64,000 nt of DNA from Dimorphilus gyrociliatus (Eukaryota > Animalia > Annelida): the NCBI GenBank assembly GCA_904063045.1, contig CAJFCJ010000005.1, positions 2,309,988-2,373,987 on the forward strand, read 5' to 3'. The notes under the pieces were generated by a model that saw only the letters and a list, made by a program, of their open reading frames with translations, had not been told where the DNA came from and searched no databases. Shown in pieces: positions 48,450-61,695 of this stretch. How positions within the stretch are numbered: the stretch's first letter is position 1; every line of letters starts with the position of its first letter. The position numbers and the translations under genes were made by a program.

Positions 48450-50774
48450 TATCTTTATTATAAAATCGATTAAATATTTCCCTTATTTAATTATCTCTAA
48501 TTAACATATCCAATTTCCAAACATAAAAATAACAACAGGCAATAAACATGAAATAGAATAAGCAATATTTCTTTATATCCTGTATATATCTCTTTATTTC
48601 TTGTTGTTTGTTTGGTGTATAAAGTTCGACTGCTAATCCTAAAAGAACTTTCTTGCTTTTTTTTTACCAATTGTCCTTTATTCAACAAAAAAATATGGGA
48701 GGAAGGGGGAGTGGGGCGGAGAGTAGAAAGGAGGGGGGAGGGGGGGGGCAGGTTTTTGAAACGAACAAAAGGTCCACTTATATATATTAATGAATGGTAT
48801 AAAGTGAGTTCGATTCTTCAATGCATATTATAGCTAAATACAATTGTACAGCTATTTAAACATTCATTGATAGAAATTAATTATAATATTTTACGAATAA
48901 CAGGTTGATAATGCAGGATATAGACGTATTAAAAAGAAGTATATTATATATATATTTATACATAAAAAATGTACTAATGTATTCGTATAAACTATGAATT
49001 TACTAATAATAATAATAAGATAAAGTTACTTATGAAATATTTTCTATTTGATTTATAAATCTACTACTTAATCCAATAATCCATGAAGAAAAATTATTCA
49101 ATTCTTTTCATCGAATGATTAGCTATGATTATTAAAACTAATAGTTTTATAGAATATTATTTATTTGATTTGTTTACATAATAACTTGTTCCTGTTTGTT
49201 CATTTATTATATTCTTTTTCATAATTTGCATTAGATGCGATAATCTTTCTTTGCTTTAGGCGTTCTTATCAATTTATGTGTAATTTAGGATAATATATAG
49301 ACATATTAATAATGCTAATTAGTTTTTAATATCGATAATTAATTGGGAGTTAGCTAATCCCTTATTCTCCAATATGGTTAAAGCTTCATTATTATGACTT
49401 ATCGGCAAATAAGAATGATAAATTGAGGCATTACGCTGGAAATCGACCTTGTAGATATAGAGCGAGGTAAAGAAATTGCCTTATTTGTACAGATTTCCCT
49501 CTAAACGAACTTTTTCCTTCGATTCAGATCACGTCCAGTATATAGATTATTGTACAGGAAAGCGGATGACGTCTGGACAATTAGGCGTTGTCCCTGAATT
49601 CTTTTATTCAAGCTTCCCGTTGAGGGGGATTTCTTTTGTTTTCGTCGATACACATCGATTACTTCCGCCTAATGAATTTGATAGAATATAATGCAAATGA
49701 CAAAGTTCAATAGACTAGAATGAGACTAAACTTGATAAACAGCATACATAGTAAAAAAGAAAGATTATCTTAATAGCTCTATAGACAGAAATCATACAAA
49801 AGAACAATAAAAGCATTAGTTAAATAAGAAAGATGGATGAGAGATTTTTCAAATATAGTACAGTCAGTGAAACATTCTTAATAAACTCTCAATAGAGGGA
49901 ATAAATTGTCAGATTATATGAGATAAAAGAGAAACTTTACAACAGTCCTTTAAACAAGATTGTCTCAAACCTTCCCTCCCTCCTCCCCCTGTTTGCATTC
50001 TCGCTTCCCATTAAGACATTCTTTCTTTCATAACCGTGAAATAAATATCTAAAATGATATTTTTCTATTATTTTCTTTACCACTTTATATAATAGGTGCA
50101 TTTCTAATGATATTTGATAAGTCAGTAATAGAAATATGTAAATTAAATTGTTGCCTGGGATACAAAGTGCATTCTAGGTTTAATATGAATTTATCTATAT
50201 ATATATATACAGCATATATACTGTATACATACTGTATATATATTGTATACAATTTTATATAAATTAATTATAAATAAAAATAGCTAATTAAAAAAACAGA
50301 CTGCTTTCAAGGAATAAAAAAATAGCTGTACATGTACAGTATATCTATTTATAGTTACAAATGTATAATATAAGGCTTTGTACAAATACACGTATATTGC
50401 TGTCAGTATTTAATATAATATACTATATAAAAAAATAGCTATTGATTCATATTCCTAAGTGATTTATGTATGATAAGGGTCTTAATTATTTTGAAAACTG
50501 TTGAATAGGATATTAGAGTAAGGGGGTATAATTGTCTTCCGATATTCGCTTATTCATAGTGTATCAGTAACATTAGTGAATAACAGTTACAACGGTCATA
50601 ACAAGATAGTTTTATTAGTCTCCCTCTTGTGGATATTTTTCTCTGTATATTCATTAAATAATAAAGATAGATTATTTTAAATGTTAATGAAGTATCAAAG
50701 ATAACTAACCGCATTAATAGAAAAGAAACAAAATATAAAAAAGTCTATTAGTTTTTAATTGTAGCAGAAGATTT

Positions 50775-52857
50775 CTAAGACGGTTTTGTTGTACATTTCT
50801 TTAATATACCTTGCGCTGTAATTAGTCTTTCTTGTAGGAGATTAATTGTCTAAGATGAAATAAAAATATAAGAATAAACATCAAATTATAAAATAAATAT
50901 GGAAATATTTTATATGAATTATATCAAATATTATATATATAATCATATACATATATACAGTATATATATCTATATATACATTATTCATTATGTCGATTTG
51001 ATTAGCCAATTTTTTTAAAGAGTTAATAGCTTTGCTTTCATTCTGTGGAATTTCATTTGAAAAATGATTAGCTGTAAAAGTCTCATTTCGTCTGATATTC
51101 TGTTAAAAAATAGATTAAAGTTTATAATTAAAAAACTCTTTCAAATTAAAGTATTACATCACTATTTTCTTTTGTAATTCTTACGGGAATTAGTGTACTA
51201 CCGTCATGTTTCTATAATGGAGTAAAAAGGGATTATTAGTATCTTTAAACAAGGAAACACGTTCATCTTACGAAGCGAGTAGTACTACTTGTAGGGTCGT
51301 TTGTTAAAGAAAATCTTTCTTGAGTGAGATTGCTAGGAATAATACTATCTCTGTCCGTATTTCCATCAAAGTTAGTTTTCCAAATAAGAATTTTCTCATC
51401 TGTTCCACTCGTAGCAAAATAACCGCCATTAGGATTAAAAGAAACAGACGTTGTAGGTCCCTTATGGTGCATAATTGCGAATGAGATAATAGCACAATCA
51501 GATTAAGCAAAGAGTACAACACTAGTTTATTTTAGCCTAACCTTATGACCTTGAACGTTAAATAAGACTTTCTCCTTCATTAGGTCTAGAACTTTAAAAG
51601 TTGAATCGTCAGAAGCCGATAATAAATATTTACCAGATATATGGAAAGAAATACTATTAACTGGCCCTGAATGACTTTTAAAGTATTGTAATAATTTATT
51701 TCTCATCCTACAATCCCATATTCTAACTGAACAATCGGCAGATGCGGCCGCAACTAACATTCCACTTGGATGGAAAGCAACGTCGTTAATGTAGCTAATA
51801 AAAAAGTCATTAAGAATTTTGTTAACAAAGAACTGATCAATAAAAATGTGGATAAAGTTGTCTTACTCTGATAAATTGGTTAGTGTTTGAATGCAGTCTC
51901 CATTATCCCGATCCCATAATTTAACTGTTAAATCATCACTTCCGGATACAATCATACGTGCATCAGGTGAAAATCTTTATTCAATTCGAAATGTAAATAC
52001 TAAGGTCTATATATTAAGGGAAGAAAGGAAAATTGAACCTTGCACGTCGTACCCAGTTTCCATGACCTGATAAAGTCAATAATGAGCTATATCTTTCAAC
52101 CGACCAAATCTAAACATTAAGAAAGAAAAACAAGACTTTAAAGTAGAAAAATTAATATTTGTTATTTAATATTTATTTAAGAAATATATGAATGACCTTG
52201 ACTGTCGAATCGTCGGAAGCTGTGCATAGCGTTTGATCCTCCAGTGCAAAGTCAACACTTCGAATTGTAGCACTATGAACTCTGCAGATTTTCGGATCTA
52301 AAGTTCTTCAATTAAAAAGGTATTTCTTAATCTTGCTTTTAAGAATACTAATTCACTATAACATACACATTAGGCAACCATAATCTTAATGTCTTATCCC
52401 TTGACGATGATGCAATTAGACGACCCGAAGGTGAGAATGTAACAGATGTAATTGTATCCTTAAAAGTGATTACATATATTATTTAGCATTCTAAATGAAT
52501 TTAAATGAATACCGTATGGCCAATGTATTTATGAACAGCAGTTTTCAAGCCTAAATTCCAAAGAAATACAGAACAATCCATTCCACCAGATACTGTTTTC
52601 AAATTACTTCAATAATGAAAAAATGACTTTTCTATAACTTAACCAAACTTTTACCTAGTTGTTTCATAAAAGGATGAAAATTAACGGATTGAACTGCCTC
52701 TCTATGCTCTTTATATATTTGTACCAAAGAAGGGTTAGCCTGCGAAATATTGAACCATACAAAAACTAGATTACAATTCAAAAGTTTTACAAGTTTTAGC
52801 ACACTTTTTACATTATTTCAATATAAATAAGCACATTTATATAAAACTGACAACCAT
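50775..52857 (-). CDS. POC1: Centriolar WD40 protein POC1, multi-exon
   Basis: M|[53 protein letters not shown] and the C-terminal Poc1 coil [19 protein letters not shown]. The start micro-exon is inferred. Confidence 0.88.
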
Positions 52858-54119
52858 TTCTTCCTTTAAGCTGAGGTCAAAATTTCTAAAACAACCTCCA
52901 AATAGATCGTTTTCTAAGTGAAAAGAAGTAGCACGTGCTTTTCAAAGAGTACTCAATAAAATATCTCAATAACTATATTTTATTTATTTTTCATGTTTTC
53001 TTAACATTCACGAAGAAATAATCTATCTTCATAAGAAATATGTTGTAAATTTGTTATAATTTTAGGTGAAATTTCCAGAAAGTTTTACCTCCAATTATTG
53101 AAATGAAAAATTCGGGCTGAAATCTGATGCATTTATTCAAAGATTATCAAAAGTATTATAATTGATTACTTGATGAAAAAGCAGATTTTGAAATTGCAAC
53201 AAAAAATCTTGGTTAAATGTGAAAGATTATACTTTATACTCCTTCTTCATATTTCCTCTTCCGGTCTTTGAAAAATATCATTTTTGGAGCAAATTTTATA
53301 ATTATTTTATAGATTATAAGCAATTTGTAATGTACATTGAAGGAAACTGTCTAAATGGTAAAGATTAAAGGAAGAAATATCAGTACTTTGAAAATCGTGT
53401 TCTGAATTACGGCCAATGTTTGTGTATTAAGATCTCTTTTCAGATCTTTTTTGTACTTTAAAAAATAAATGTAGAATAAGTAATTCATCTGAATTGCTAT
53501 TTGTTGTTAAAACATTTGCAAAGTTGTAATATATAAAAAATTTGACGCAGTCATATTGTTGTATAAGTTTTTTTCACCAAAACAATAATGGCGGATGAAA
53601 AATGAATTTCTTTGAAAATGCAACACTTTAAAGTAGAATTTTCAAATATTTCAAGAAGATTTAAATACAATATGAACTAAATTATGTATAGTTTGAGAAA
53701 AATCTTGGAATAAGCTTTAATTATGGATTTTATTAATTTTTCACTTGTTCATAAAGACGCTCGAAAAGTTTTTTCAAAAATATTTTCATAATTTTCAAGA
53801 ATTTTTCATTAAAAAATTTTCAATGCTGATTTCATTTTTTTAAAAAGATTTCATTATTTATTCATGTATTACGAAAATGTTTCAATTGAGAAAACAGGAT
53901 ATCCTCTCCAAGAAGTAATAAATTGCTCAACGCGAAAGCCTCTTGGCCATACTTGTTTTGAGAGCAAAACGAAACGTTTCAAAAATCTTTTGAAAACCTT
54001 CTCGTCTTCAAATTTATCATCTACCGATCCTATTCTTAACTATGAACAACAACGAGCAACAGCTTCAATTGCAAAGACAGCAACAAAAATCGCTGTCTTT
54101 CTTGGAAGAGCAATTCTTA

Positions 54120-57100
54120 ATGTCTGAAGAATTGAAAGAAATTAAGGACGCAATTTTCGACTATTTGACAAAAAAAACAATGAGACCCATTTTACTAGCT
54201 GGTCTAAACTTGAGGACGTATTTGGGAAGAATGGGTCGATCGGTAGTAATTGCCGGGCAAAGAACAAGGGCCAAGAAACGCAGAAGTGAAACTGAAAGTA
54301 ACTATTCGAATTCTTATACTGAATATAATAATTATTAATAATATTTGTCCACATAAAGGTGGCGACGGAAATGAAACACCGGAAGGCCTGGATTCTGCCA
54401 GACGAGGTAAGTCAAGTTTGATCCAGAGCCGTATGAAACAAGTATTTGACAATATCCAAGCTCACCGTACGAAAGATACCGAAGGACACAAGAAAAGATC
54501 CGGAGGTTCCGTCGCTGAAGGTAGGTTAGAAATGAGAGACGGAAAAGTAAAACCAGGTTTCCAAGCTGGCAAAGCGTCTTCTGCTGACATAGAGGATCTG
54601 GAGGAAACTGTGACTCTTATCCGGTATAGTTCACCTGAGGATGTTGATGAATTGATTAGACAATCTGGAGGTAAATGACATTCCTATACAATTAAGATGT
54701 AAAACACAGATTGAAACAGGGAGGGCGTCTATTGTAAAACGTGCCAAGACGCATTTTCCACCTCGTAAGATCAAGTCTATCCTGAAAACACGTAAACGTT
54801 GCATATCCAACGATTCGGACGATGATGAACGAGCAATCACATACTCCCAGTCTACTGGGGATGAAAATCGGAGATCACGAGATGCTATGGGTAAGTTAAC
54901 GCGTAACATAACTATCTCCAATAGGTAAATACAATTTTTTTTTCATAGCTGATGACAGTGAAGATGAAGAAGTCTTGGGGGAGAGGGTGGTTTACACGCA
55001 GATGTCTGTACCTAGAAATCCTGACAAATTTATAAACAAAGCGGTTCAGTTGAATGTAGTTGAAGGTAAATATATGAACATATGTGTAAATACAAATTAT
55101 CATGTAAATAATGATTGAATGTTTTTTCAAGCTGCTCCCATGGAGGATCCTCAACTTCATAACTTGGTTTTTACCGAAATTTCTACATCTAAACCATTTG
55201 ATGACTCGTCTAATGCATCACAAGACATCTATACGTCAGAAGGTAGGCGAGAGTTTTAACATTTTGAAGTAGCAAAAAACTGATTGAGCATTTTCTACAG
55301 AATTGCAGACAACCATTCAAGAGAGCACACTGGGATCTGAACAAGTTAGTGAAACTAACAGAGACAGTCAATCTGATGAATCGAAGAGTAATTTGCCAGG
55401 ATGTAAGCTAAACAAGACATTTAAGCAATCAATTACTAATGATTTTTCACATTTAGCTATCATCAATAAACGATCAGAGCCTCAGAAGAAGTTCTGGATG
55501 TGTATGCAACATAACGGTAAGCTAATATTCTACATTCTTTTTATTAGCAATGATTATTCAATATAAATACTATTTTTACAGAGAAAAAAGAGTTCACTTT
55601 GACTTTACCCAAAGTCGTGATAGCATCCAACGATCGAGAGAAACAAAAACACTGGGTAATATCAGCTGATATGATAAAGCCCGGGATAAAGCGAACTGCG
55701 GGCGTTTCGAAAGAAATGTCTTCTCAAATCGAAGAAAAAAGAAGTCGATTTATTTCTTCAGAGGATGCGAAGCTTTTGAACAGACTACAAAGATATCCAG
55801 CATCCGATAATTCTGACAGCTCTGATTATGATTCCGAAAAGGAAACGTATTTGTCGTCCGACGATGATTTCGTTTCAACTGATGATGAAGGACTCGTCAT
55901 ACAGGTAGATGATGATCTGGTTACTGACGAGGAAGAATTTATACCTTTTGGCGCACAGGATCCTGCCACATACGACGACAAGCAAACGTCTCGTGTGGTA
56001 GTTCCACATATTCTCGATGAGAACGACTCTGACATTTTACCTAGGGAATATGTGGAAATGGTAGGATCAGAGCTTTTGACACTTGAGCATGAAAGTGAGG
56101 TGGCAGTGGGTGGTCTTCGGGCTCAATTATCAATTATAACCAACCATCTGCGCCAAGGTAAAAAGACAATTAAAGACCAGCTTAAAACCGACACAAGAAT
56201 AAAGAAAAAAGCTTTAAAGCACCGATGTAGAAGAGCGACAGCTTTGTATGACTTTTTCAAAATGGACGAGAATCGTGCATTTTCCCGAGAACTTGGAAGA
56301 ATGGCAGAAAAGCTGAAGCAGTCATGTGTGCATCATCAACCAGCGTTTGTTAATCTAATAACACCAGAGATAGATATGGAAAACGTTGGTTCATTAAATT
56401 ATACATCCTGGCTTACTCCAATAGAGGAACACCAGTTTCAGTTAAAAGATAAATTAGGGCGGGTTGAAGGCAATGTCAAAGGCTTTTATGCCATATCTGA
56501 AACTGGGAGATTCCTCTCGATTGACAAGAAACTGGTAAATTATACAAAGAAATTTGAAAGTTTATCAGTTGCTTGGAATGGAAAGCTGGCACTATTATCA
56601 ACAGGGAAGACAGACATTGCCAAAATAAGTATTCTAACCGACCATTTCGCGGAATATGAAAATCTTAAAGTCCTTTCCGAAGTGAAAATATGTACCCCAT
56701 TTTTCAGTGTGTTTGAGCACACTATTGCTTTCGTTACGAATGATCAAGTCAGATTCTACTTAAAAAATTCGAAGAACGTTTGGAACTATGAATTGAAAAC
56801 CTTCAAGCCGGAGAACTGCATGGTTATTGATGACAACATGTATTTGGTACAGAATGATAGAATATTGGAAATCAATAGCGAGACGAGAGACACTATGATA
56901 TACGAAAGCGTACTGAGAACTGACACCTTCTCAGTAGAAAAGCTAATTCACTTCGTTCGAAATGGGTTTAGAATACTTACAACTACAGAAAACTTACACG
57001 TATTTAATCCTGATAAAAAAGATTGTTCCTACTACTTGATGAATTCGACTTTTGAAGATAAAATTTTGCTGAGTTACTACATCACTCAAGCCAGCATCAT

Positions 57101-57176
57101 CTTTTGCTTAAGGAGCAAAGATGACTTTAAAGATTTATCTATTCAAAAATTTCCCTTAGAGGAGTCGTATTTCTGA
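54120..57176 (+). CDS. Orphan family member A: multi-exon acidic low-complexity N-terminus spliced to a 525-codon terminal exon (coiled coil plus beta-rich domain)
   Basis: A chain of phase-1 exons (about 54950-55067, 55131-55242, 55301-55402, 55460-55517) joins ORF 55599-57176 via tttacag|AG AAA. The start and the 54500-54700 junction are uncertain. Confidence 0.62.
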
Positions 57177-57743
57177 TATGATAAGTTTTCTGTAGATTGT
57201 TTATTTGTACATATTACATTAATACTCTACTTTTTATGAAATTTATGTAGAGAAACACTTGAATAATTGATATATGTATATAAATATATATAGTTTTTTT
57301 GTGTACAGTATGATATTATGTATATTGTTGCATACATGTAAACTTTGATAACTTTATTTCTTGAATACTTTATGATAAATGTAAATTTTACTGTATTTTT
57401 TTCTATATATATATAAATGTAAATATGTACTGAATAAAAAACAAACTTCAACATGAAGGAGTTTGATGAAACATAAAAACTTATTAAAAAACAAGTATCT
57501 AATCGTGTAGTTGATAGATTTTCCCTACCCCATTCGATAAAGCAAATCGTTGATATGTTAAACTAGAGTACTTTCATAATAAAAAGTTGACACTTCTCGA
57601 AAAATATAGCAGCGCAACGTGTAAGTCACTAGATCTGGTCTTCTAGGCGCATTAGCAATTTAAATTTCACTGAGGTAAGTTCAAGTTTATTCTTTATAGG
57701 TCATAAAAGTAATAATTTCATATAGTTAGCTTATTAAGAAAAA

Positions 57744-59030
57744 ATGGAAAATGAAACTGTATCAAATGAAGTTGAAATTACTACAATCGGCAGTTTTATA
57801 ATCAGTAAACCGTCCAATCTGCGCAAGAGAGATTTTGATTTGTCAAGTGTTTTAAAGAAGCATGGTCTTGATAAATCCTTTGTTTTAAATATTAAGAACA
57901 AAACTGAGTCTAACTATATAGAACTTCTTACTGCCAGTAAACGAGAACTGGAGAAACTCGATGACTTTGTTGCTAATTTAATGAATGGTATTAAAAAGCA
58001 TGAATATAACACTGAGAAAAAGATAGCTAGGTTCTATCATAATAAAAGACTAAAGTTAATTAGATTATTAAACGAAGTGAAGCATATAAACGAGTTTTCA
58101 AGAAGATGTAAGAATAAAGCGTTTCAAGAAGAACTATCCAAAATGGCGGACAAAATTAAATATTCCATTAAGTATACTTGCTCGAAGCATTTAACGTATG
58201 AAAAGAACGAAGTGAATGATCTAGATATTGGTTGTGTATCTCTTCCTGATTTTGAGTCGCCATTAAAAAGTTATGAGATTTGTACAAATGATGAATTAAC
58301 ATCAATTATTTCAAGTTCAAGAGGGTTCTATGGCCTTTTTGCAACAGGAGAAATCCTATGCGTGAATAGTAATGATTTAATTTGTTCAAAAGAAAATTCT
58401 GTTGCAAATATTCTTGTTACAAGCGATGAACAACTATGCTACGTAGTAAAGGATGGAAATACGTCTGTAACGCTAACGATTCTATCAAGTCACTATCATA
58501 TATTCGAAAGCTTTACTATCTATTCAGATACGAGACCTTGTACTTTTTCACAATTTGGCGTGTTTAAAGATGTGATATTCTTAACAACGAAGAACCAAGT
58601 AAGATGCTACGAGAAAAACGATATGGTTCATTGGGTTGAATGGAGTCTACTTGATTCCAAGCCCGTTGTACTAGAAACAAAAGATTGTAATGCTTATGTT
58701 GCTTCCGAAGATTACGTCATGATTATTAATTCAATCGACAAGACGACTACAACTCTTACTAGTAAAAGATGCGTTGAAAATATTTCTATTGCAAGAGATA
58801 TTGTTGGAAAAATTAACGATGATTGCGTAATATTGATAATGGAACAGATTATTCACGTGGTCGATCCAGTTAGAGAAACAGATAAAACGTACCATATGGA
58901 GACACTTTTTCCGGGTGAACAACTTAGAACGTATCGTATTCTTGGGAAGCAAGTTATTTTTTGTCTAACTAGTAAGACCGATCGAATGAAGCTAAGCTTT
59001 AGACATTACCCTCTTAATCCCAACGATTAA
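57744..59030 (+). CDS. Orphan family member B (428 aa, single coding exon)
   Basis: Long ORF sharing the NKAFQEELSKMADK coil motif and the C-terminal T.F....L..Y.I....VIFCL motif with A and C. Confidence 0.8.
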   Translation: MENETVSNEVEITTIGSFIISKPSNLRKRDFDLSSVLKKHGLDKSFVLNIKNKTESNYIELLTASKRELEKLDDFVANLMNGIKKHEYNTEKKIARFYHNKRLKLIRLLNEVKHINEFSRRCKNKAFQEELSKMADKIKYSIKYTCSKHLTYEKNEVNDLDIGCVSLPDFESPLKSYEICTNDELTSIISSSRGFYGLFATGEILCVNSNDLICSKENSVANILVTSDEQLCYVVKDGNTSVTLTILSSHYHIFESFTIYSDTRPCTFSQFGVFKDVIFLTTKNQVRCYEKNDMVHWVEWSLLDSKPVVLETKDCNAYVASEDYVMIINSIDKTTTTLTSKRCVENISIARDIVGKINDDCVILIMEQIIHVVDPVRETDKTYHMETLFPGEQLRTYRILGKQVIFCLTSKTDRMKLSFRHYPLNPND

Positions 59031-60009
59031 TGCGCTGAAGATGATTGATTTCTTAATAATATATTTTTTAGATCATGAGACATTTCACCTGAAAGAGTTG
59101 AAGATGAAAAAATTCAACTTATTCATGATTATTAACTTGATTATTGTGCTGATAACATATATGTATGTATGTTTGTATGTATGTATATTTGTTTGTTAGT
59201 TTAAGGTTAAAGGTTTTGTTTGAATGAAAGTATGGAAATATTTGGTTGATGATTGTAGCTTTTGTAATATATTAAACAGAAATAAACATTTGAAATGAAT
59301 ATATTTCTCTGTATTCTTTGAATTTAAAAGACACTTACGACTGAAATGATTGGACAATAAACTTGAAACAATTAGTCTAATCCCTTGCTGTAGATAGGCC
59401 TTTGTTAGTTATGAGATAATGATATGAAATGATACATTTATTGTTCTTCTAATTTTAAGTGCTTAACACGAAATTACTAAACATATAAATAGTATGATCG
59501 TATGACTTGACTATAAATAACAAAGTCAAAAAGCCCAATACGAAATTAGGTTAAAGAAAATAATAAAAACCCCGTGTTTAGAATCGATAGAAAAGTAAAC
59601 TTTCTTATCTATTCTCCCTACTCAATTATTTGTTTTTAAAAAAAGCTTTCTTTGTACTTTTTCAACAAATGTAAAAAAGAGATGAACCAACAAAACACTA
59701 AATAAAAGACCTAAAAATATAGAATATAAACAATATGTTGTTCAATACTGCTCAGAATTGAGATGTTGGTGTTATTCATTACTTTCGCGAATAATGTTAA
59801 AAAGAAGGACTATTTAAGAAAAAAGTGTGCTATATGTATAAAGTAACATTAATGTAGAGTAGGTGTTACAGCATATATCTAAGAGTTTAGTATTAGGCTT
59901 TAAAGTCAATTAATTCGTTAAGATAATATAGAGTTGAAAGAAAAAAGATAAATGTATTGAAAGTATTTGAAACATGAAATATTGAAATTGATTAGATCGT
60001 TATTATTAT

Positions 60010-61338
60010 TCATTCAGAGCAAATGCAACGGCGGAAATATCTTCGAAACTTGAAAAGTTTTTCATTTGTCGATGTACCAAGGCAAAAGATTACTTCTTCT
60101 TCAGTCATTCTATAGGAGACAAGATATTCTTCTCCAAAAATCGTTTGAGTTTCGTAAACTTCAGCCGAATTCTCTGATGGATCGACGATAAAGATAAAGC
60201 ATTTGGTCGATAATAGAAATTTGCCCTTATTTAGTTCATTAATTAGATTTCTCACAACGGATATCTGACGTTTTCCAATATAGCAGGTAATGTAGGCTTT
60301 TCTATCATCAGAAGTTGCGCTAATGTAGGAACCAACTTCGGTAGTTTCGTACAAAACATTATCAATGATTTTTGAATCCTCCGGAATTTTAGCAGGTTGA
60401 CATTTAGATAATAATCTTGTCCTGTTACTCTTCATCGACAGTTTATATTCAGTGTCGTACAACACCAAATCATCCTTTAGAATATGAAAGTAGGGTAGAT
60501 AATTGGTATAGGTTTTGTTTAATTGGTCAATTAGAGTTAGTTCTTTAAAGCAGTGAGTACTATTAGAGTAAATAAATACTGCAGGAATAGCCGAAACAGA
60601 ATGAGCTATAAACGCCAATTTTCCATCGTAAGTTATTGATATATCTCCAATAGCAAAAGTATTACTCAGAACAATTTGTTTCTTTTCAATATCTATAATT
60701 GATAGTCTCGATTCGCTTGTACAGTAAAATCCATCATCATTCGCTACAATCTTTTTGGGAACAAACTCTAAATCGACAATCTGTTCACCAATAGGATTTT
60801 CAAAAGGTGGAATAATCATTTTACCAATTTCAACGCCTTTAACCGGTTCACATTTTTCATAATAGGCTTTCATTTTCAAAATATTACCAATACAATAAAT
60901 CAGTTTTTCAGCCATTTTTTTAATATCATTCTGAAGATTCTTATTAGTTGTTCTATCGTAATATTCTTTAAGCATTTTCATTTCTTTTACCAGTTTATTC
61001 AACGTAGATAATTTTTCATCGAAAACATTTTCAAGATCCATACGTAAGTTTGTAAATTCCCTACAAACATGAGTTTGAATATTAAATACCTCATCTTTCA
61101 AATTATTAATTTGATTGTATTTATCATTCGTAATATCAATTTTCGCTTTTTCCATATTATCATCTAATATCTTTACAAAATCGTTTGTAAAGAAACCGTT
61201 AAATATTTCCATATTAAATCCATTAGACTCTCCAGAATTTACAACAGTATTCGTAGATTGTTGAGGAGTTTGTTCGTTCATAGATTCAATAGTTTCCATC
61301 TTTTCGTTTGAAAATATTCGCCAAATGTATTCGACCAA
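60010..61338 (-). CDS. Orphan family member C (442 aa, single coding exon, inverted)
   Basis: NKNLQNDIKKMAEK and TIFGEEYLVSYRMTEEEVIFCL match A and B. Confidence 0.8.
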   Translation of the reverse strand: MVEYIWRIFSNEKMETIESMNEQTPQQSTNTVVNSGESNGFNMEIFNGFFTNDFVKILDDNMEKAKIDITNDKYNQINNLKDEVFNIQTHVCREFTNLRMDLENVFDEKLSTLNKLVKEMKMLKEYYDRTTNKNLQNDIKKMAEKLIYCIGNILKMKAYYEKCEPVKGVEIGKMIIPPFENPIGEQIVDLEFVPKKIVANDDGFYCTSESRLSIIDIEKKQIVLSNTFAIGDISITYDGKLAFIAHSVSAIPAVFIYSNSTHCFKELTLIDQLNKTYTNYLPYFHILKDDLVLYDTEYKLSMKSNRTRLLSKCQPAKIPEDSKIIDNVLYETTEVGSYISATSDDRKAYITCYIGKRQISVVRNLINELNKGKFLLSTKCFIFIVDPSENSAEVYETQTIFGEEYLVSYRMTEEEVIFCLGTSTNEKLFKFRRYFRRCICSE

Positions 61339-61695
61339 ATTTCAAAAAGAACTGTAATTAGACGATGGAAAGACGCGGCTATTTATTGAGAAAATTGAGT
61401 TGATCAGTTTTTAACTAGACGAGTAGTTATAAGCGTTTTTTATTATTAGTTAAGTACAGTAATATTTAATGAATGTTTTCTCTATTAGTGCAAAGTACTT
61501 AACTTTTTACCAGTAACCTTTTTTTTGTTGTCTTTTTTATCTCATTAATATTCATAGACAATTAAAAATTATTAATAATGACAAGGTAATATTCATTTCA
61601 AAAAAAGAAATAGAAAATATCTCGTTCATAAGTTTTTCATTTGAATGTTAATTTAAAAAATCCTCCTTTAAAGGAATAGTTGTAGAAGGGAGAAT

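Noticed and set aside
53864-54127. Cys/His spacing (NCSTRKPLGHTCF) as a B-box or zinc finger for family member A
   Set aside because: Too few ligands for a B-box or RING consensus, and the frame differs from the downstream CDS.
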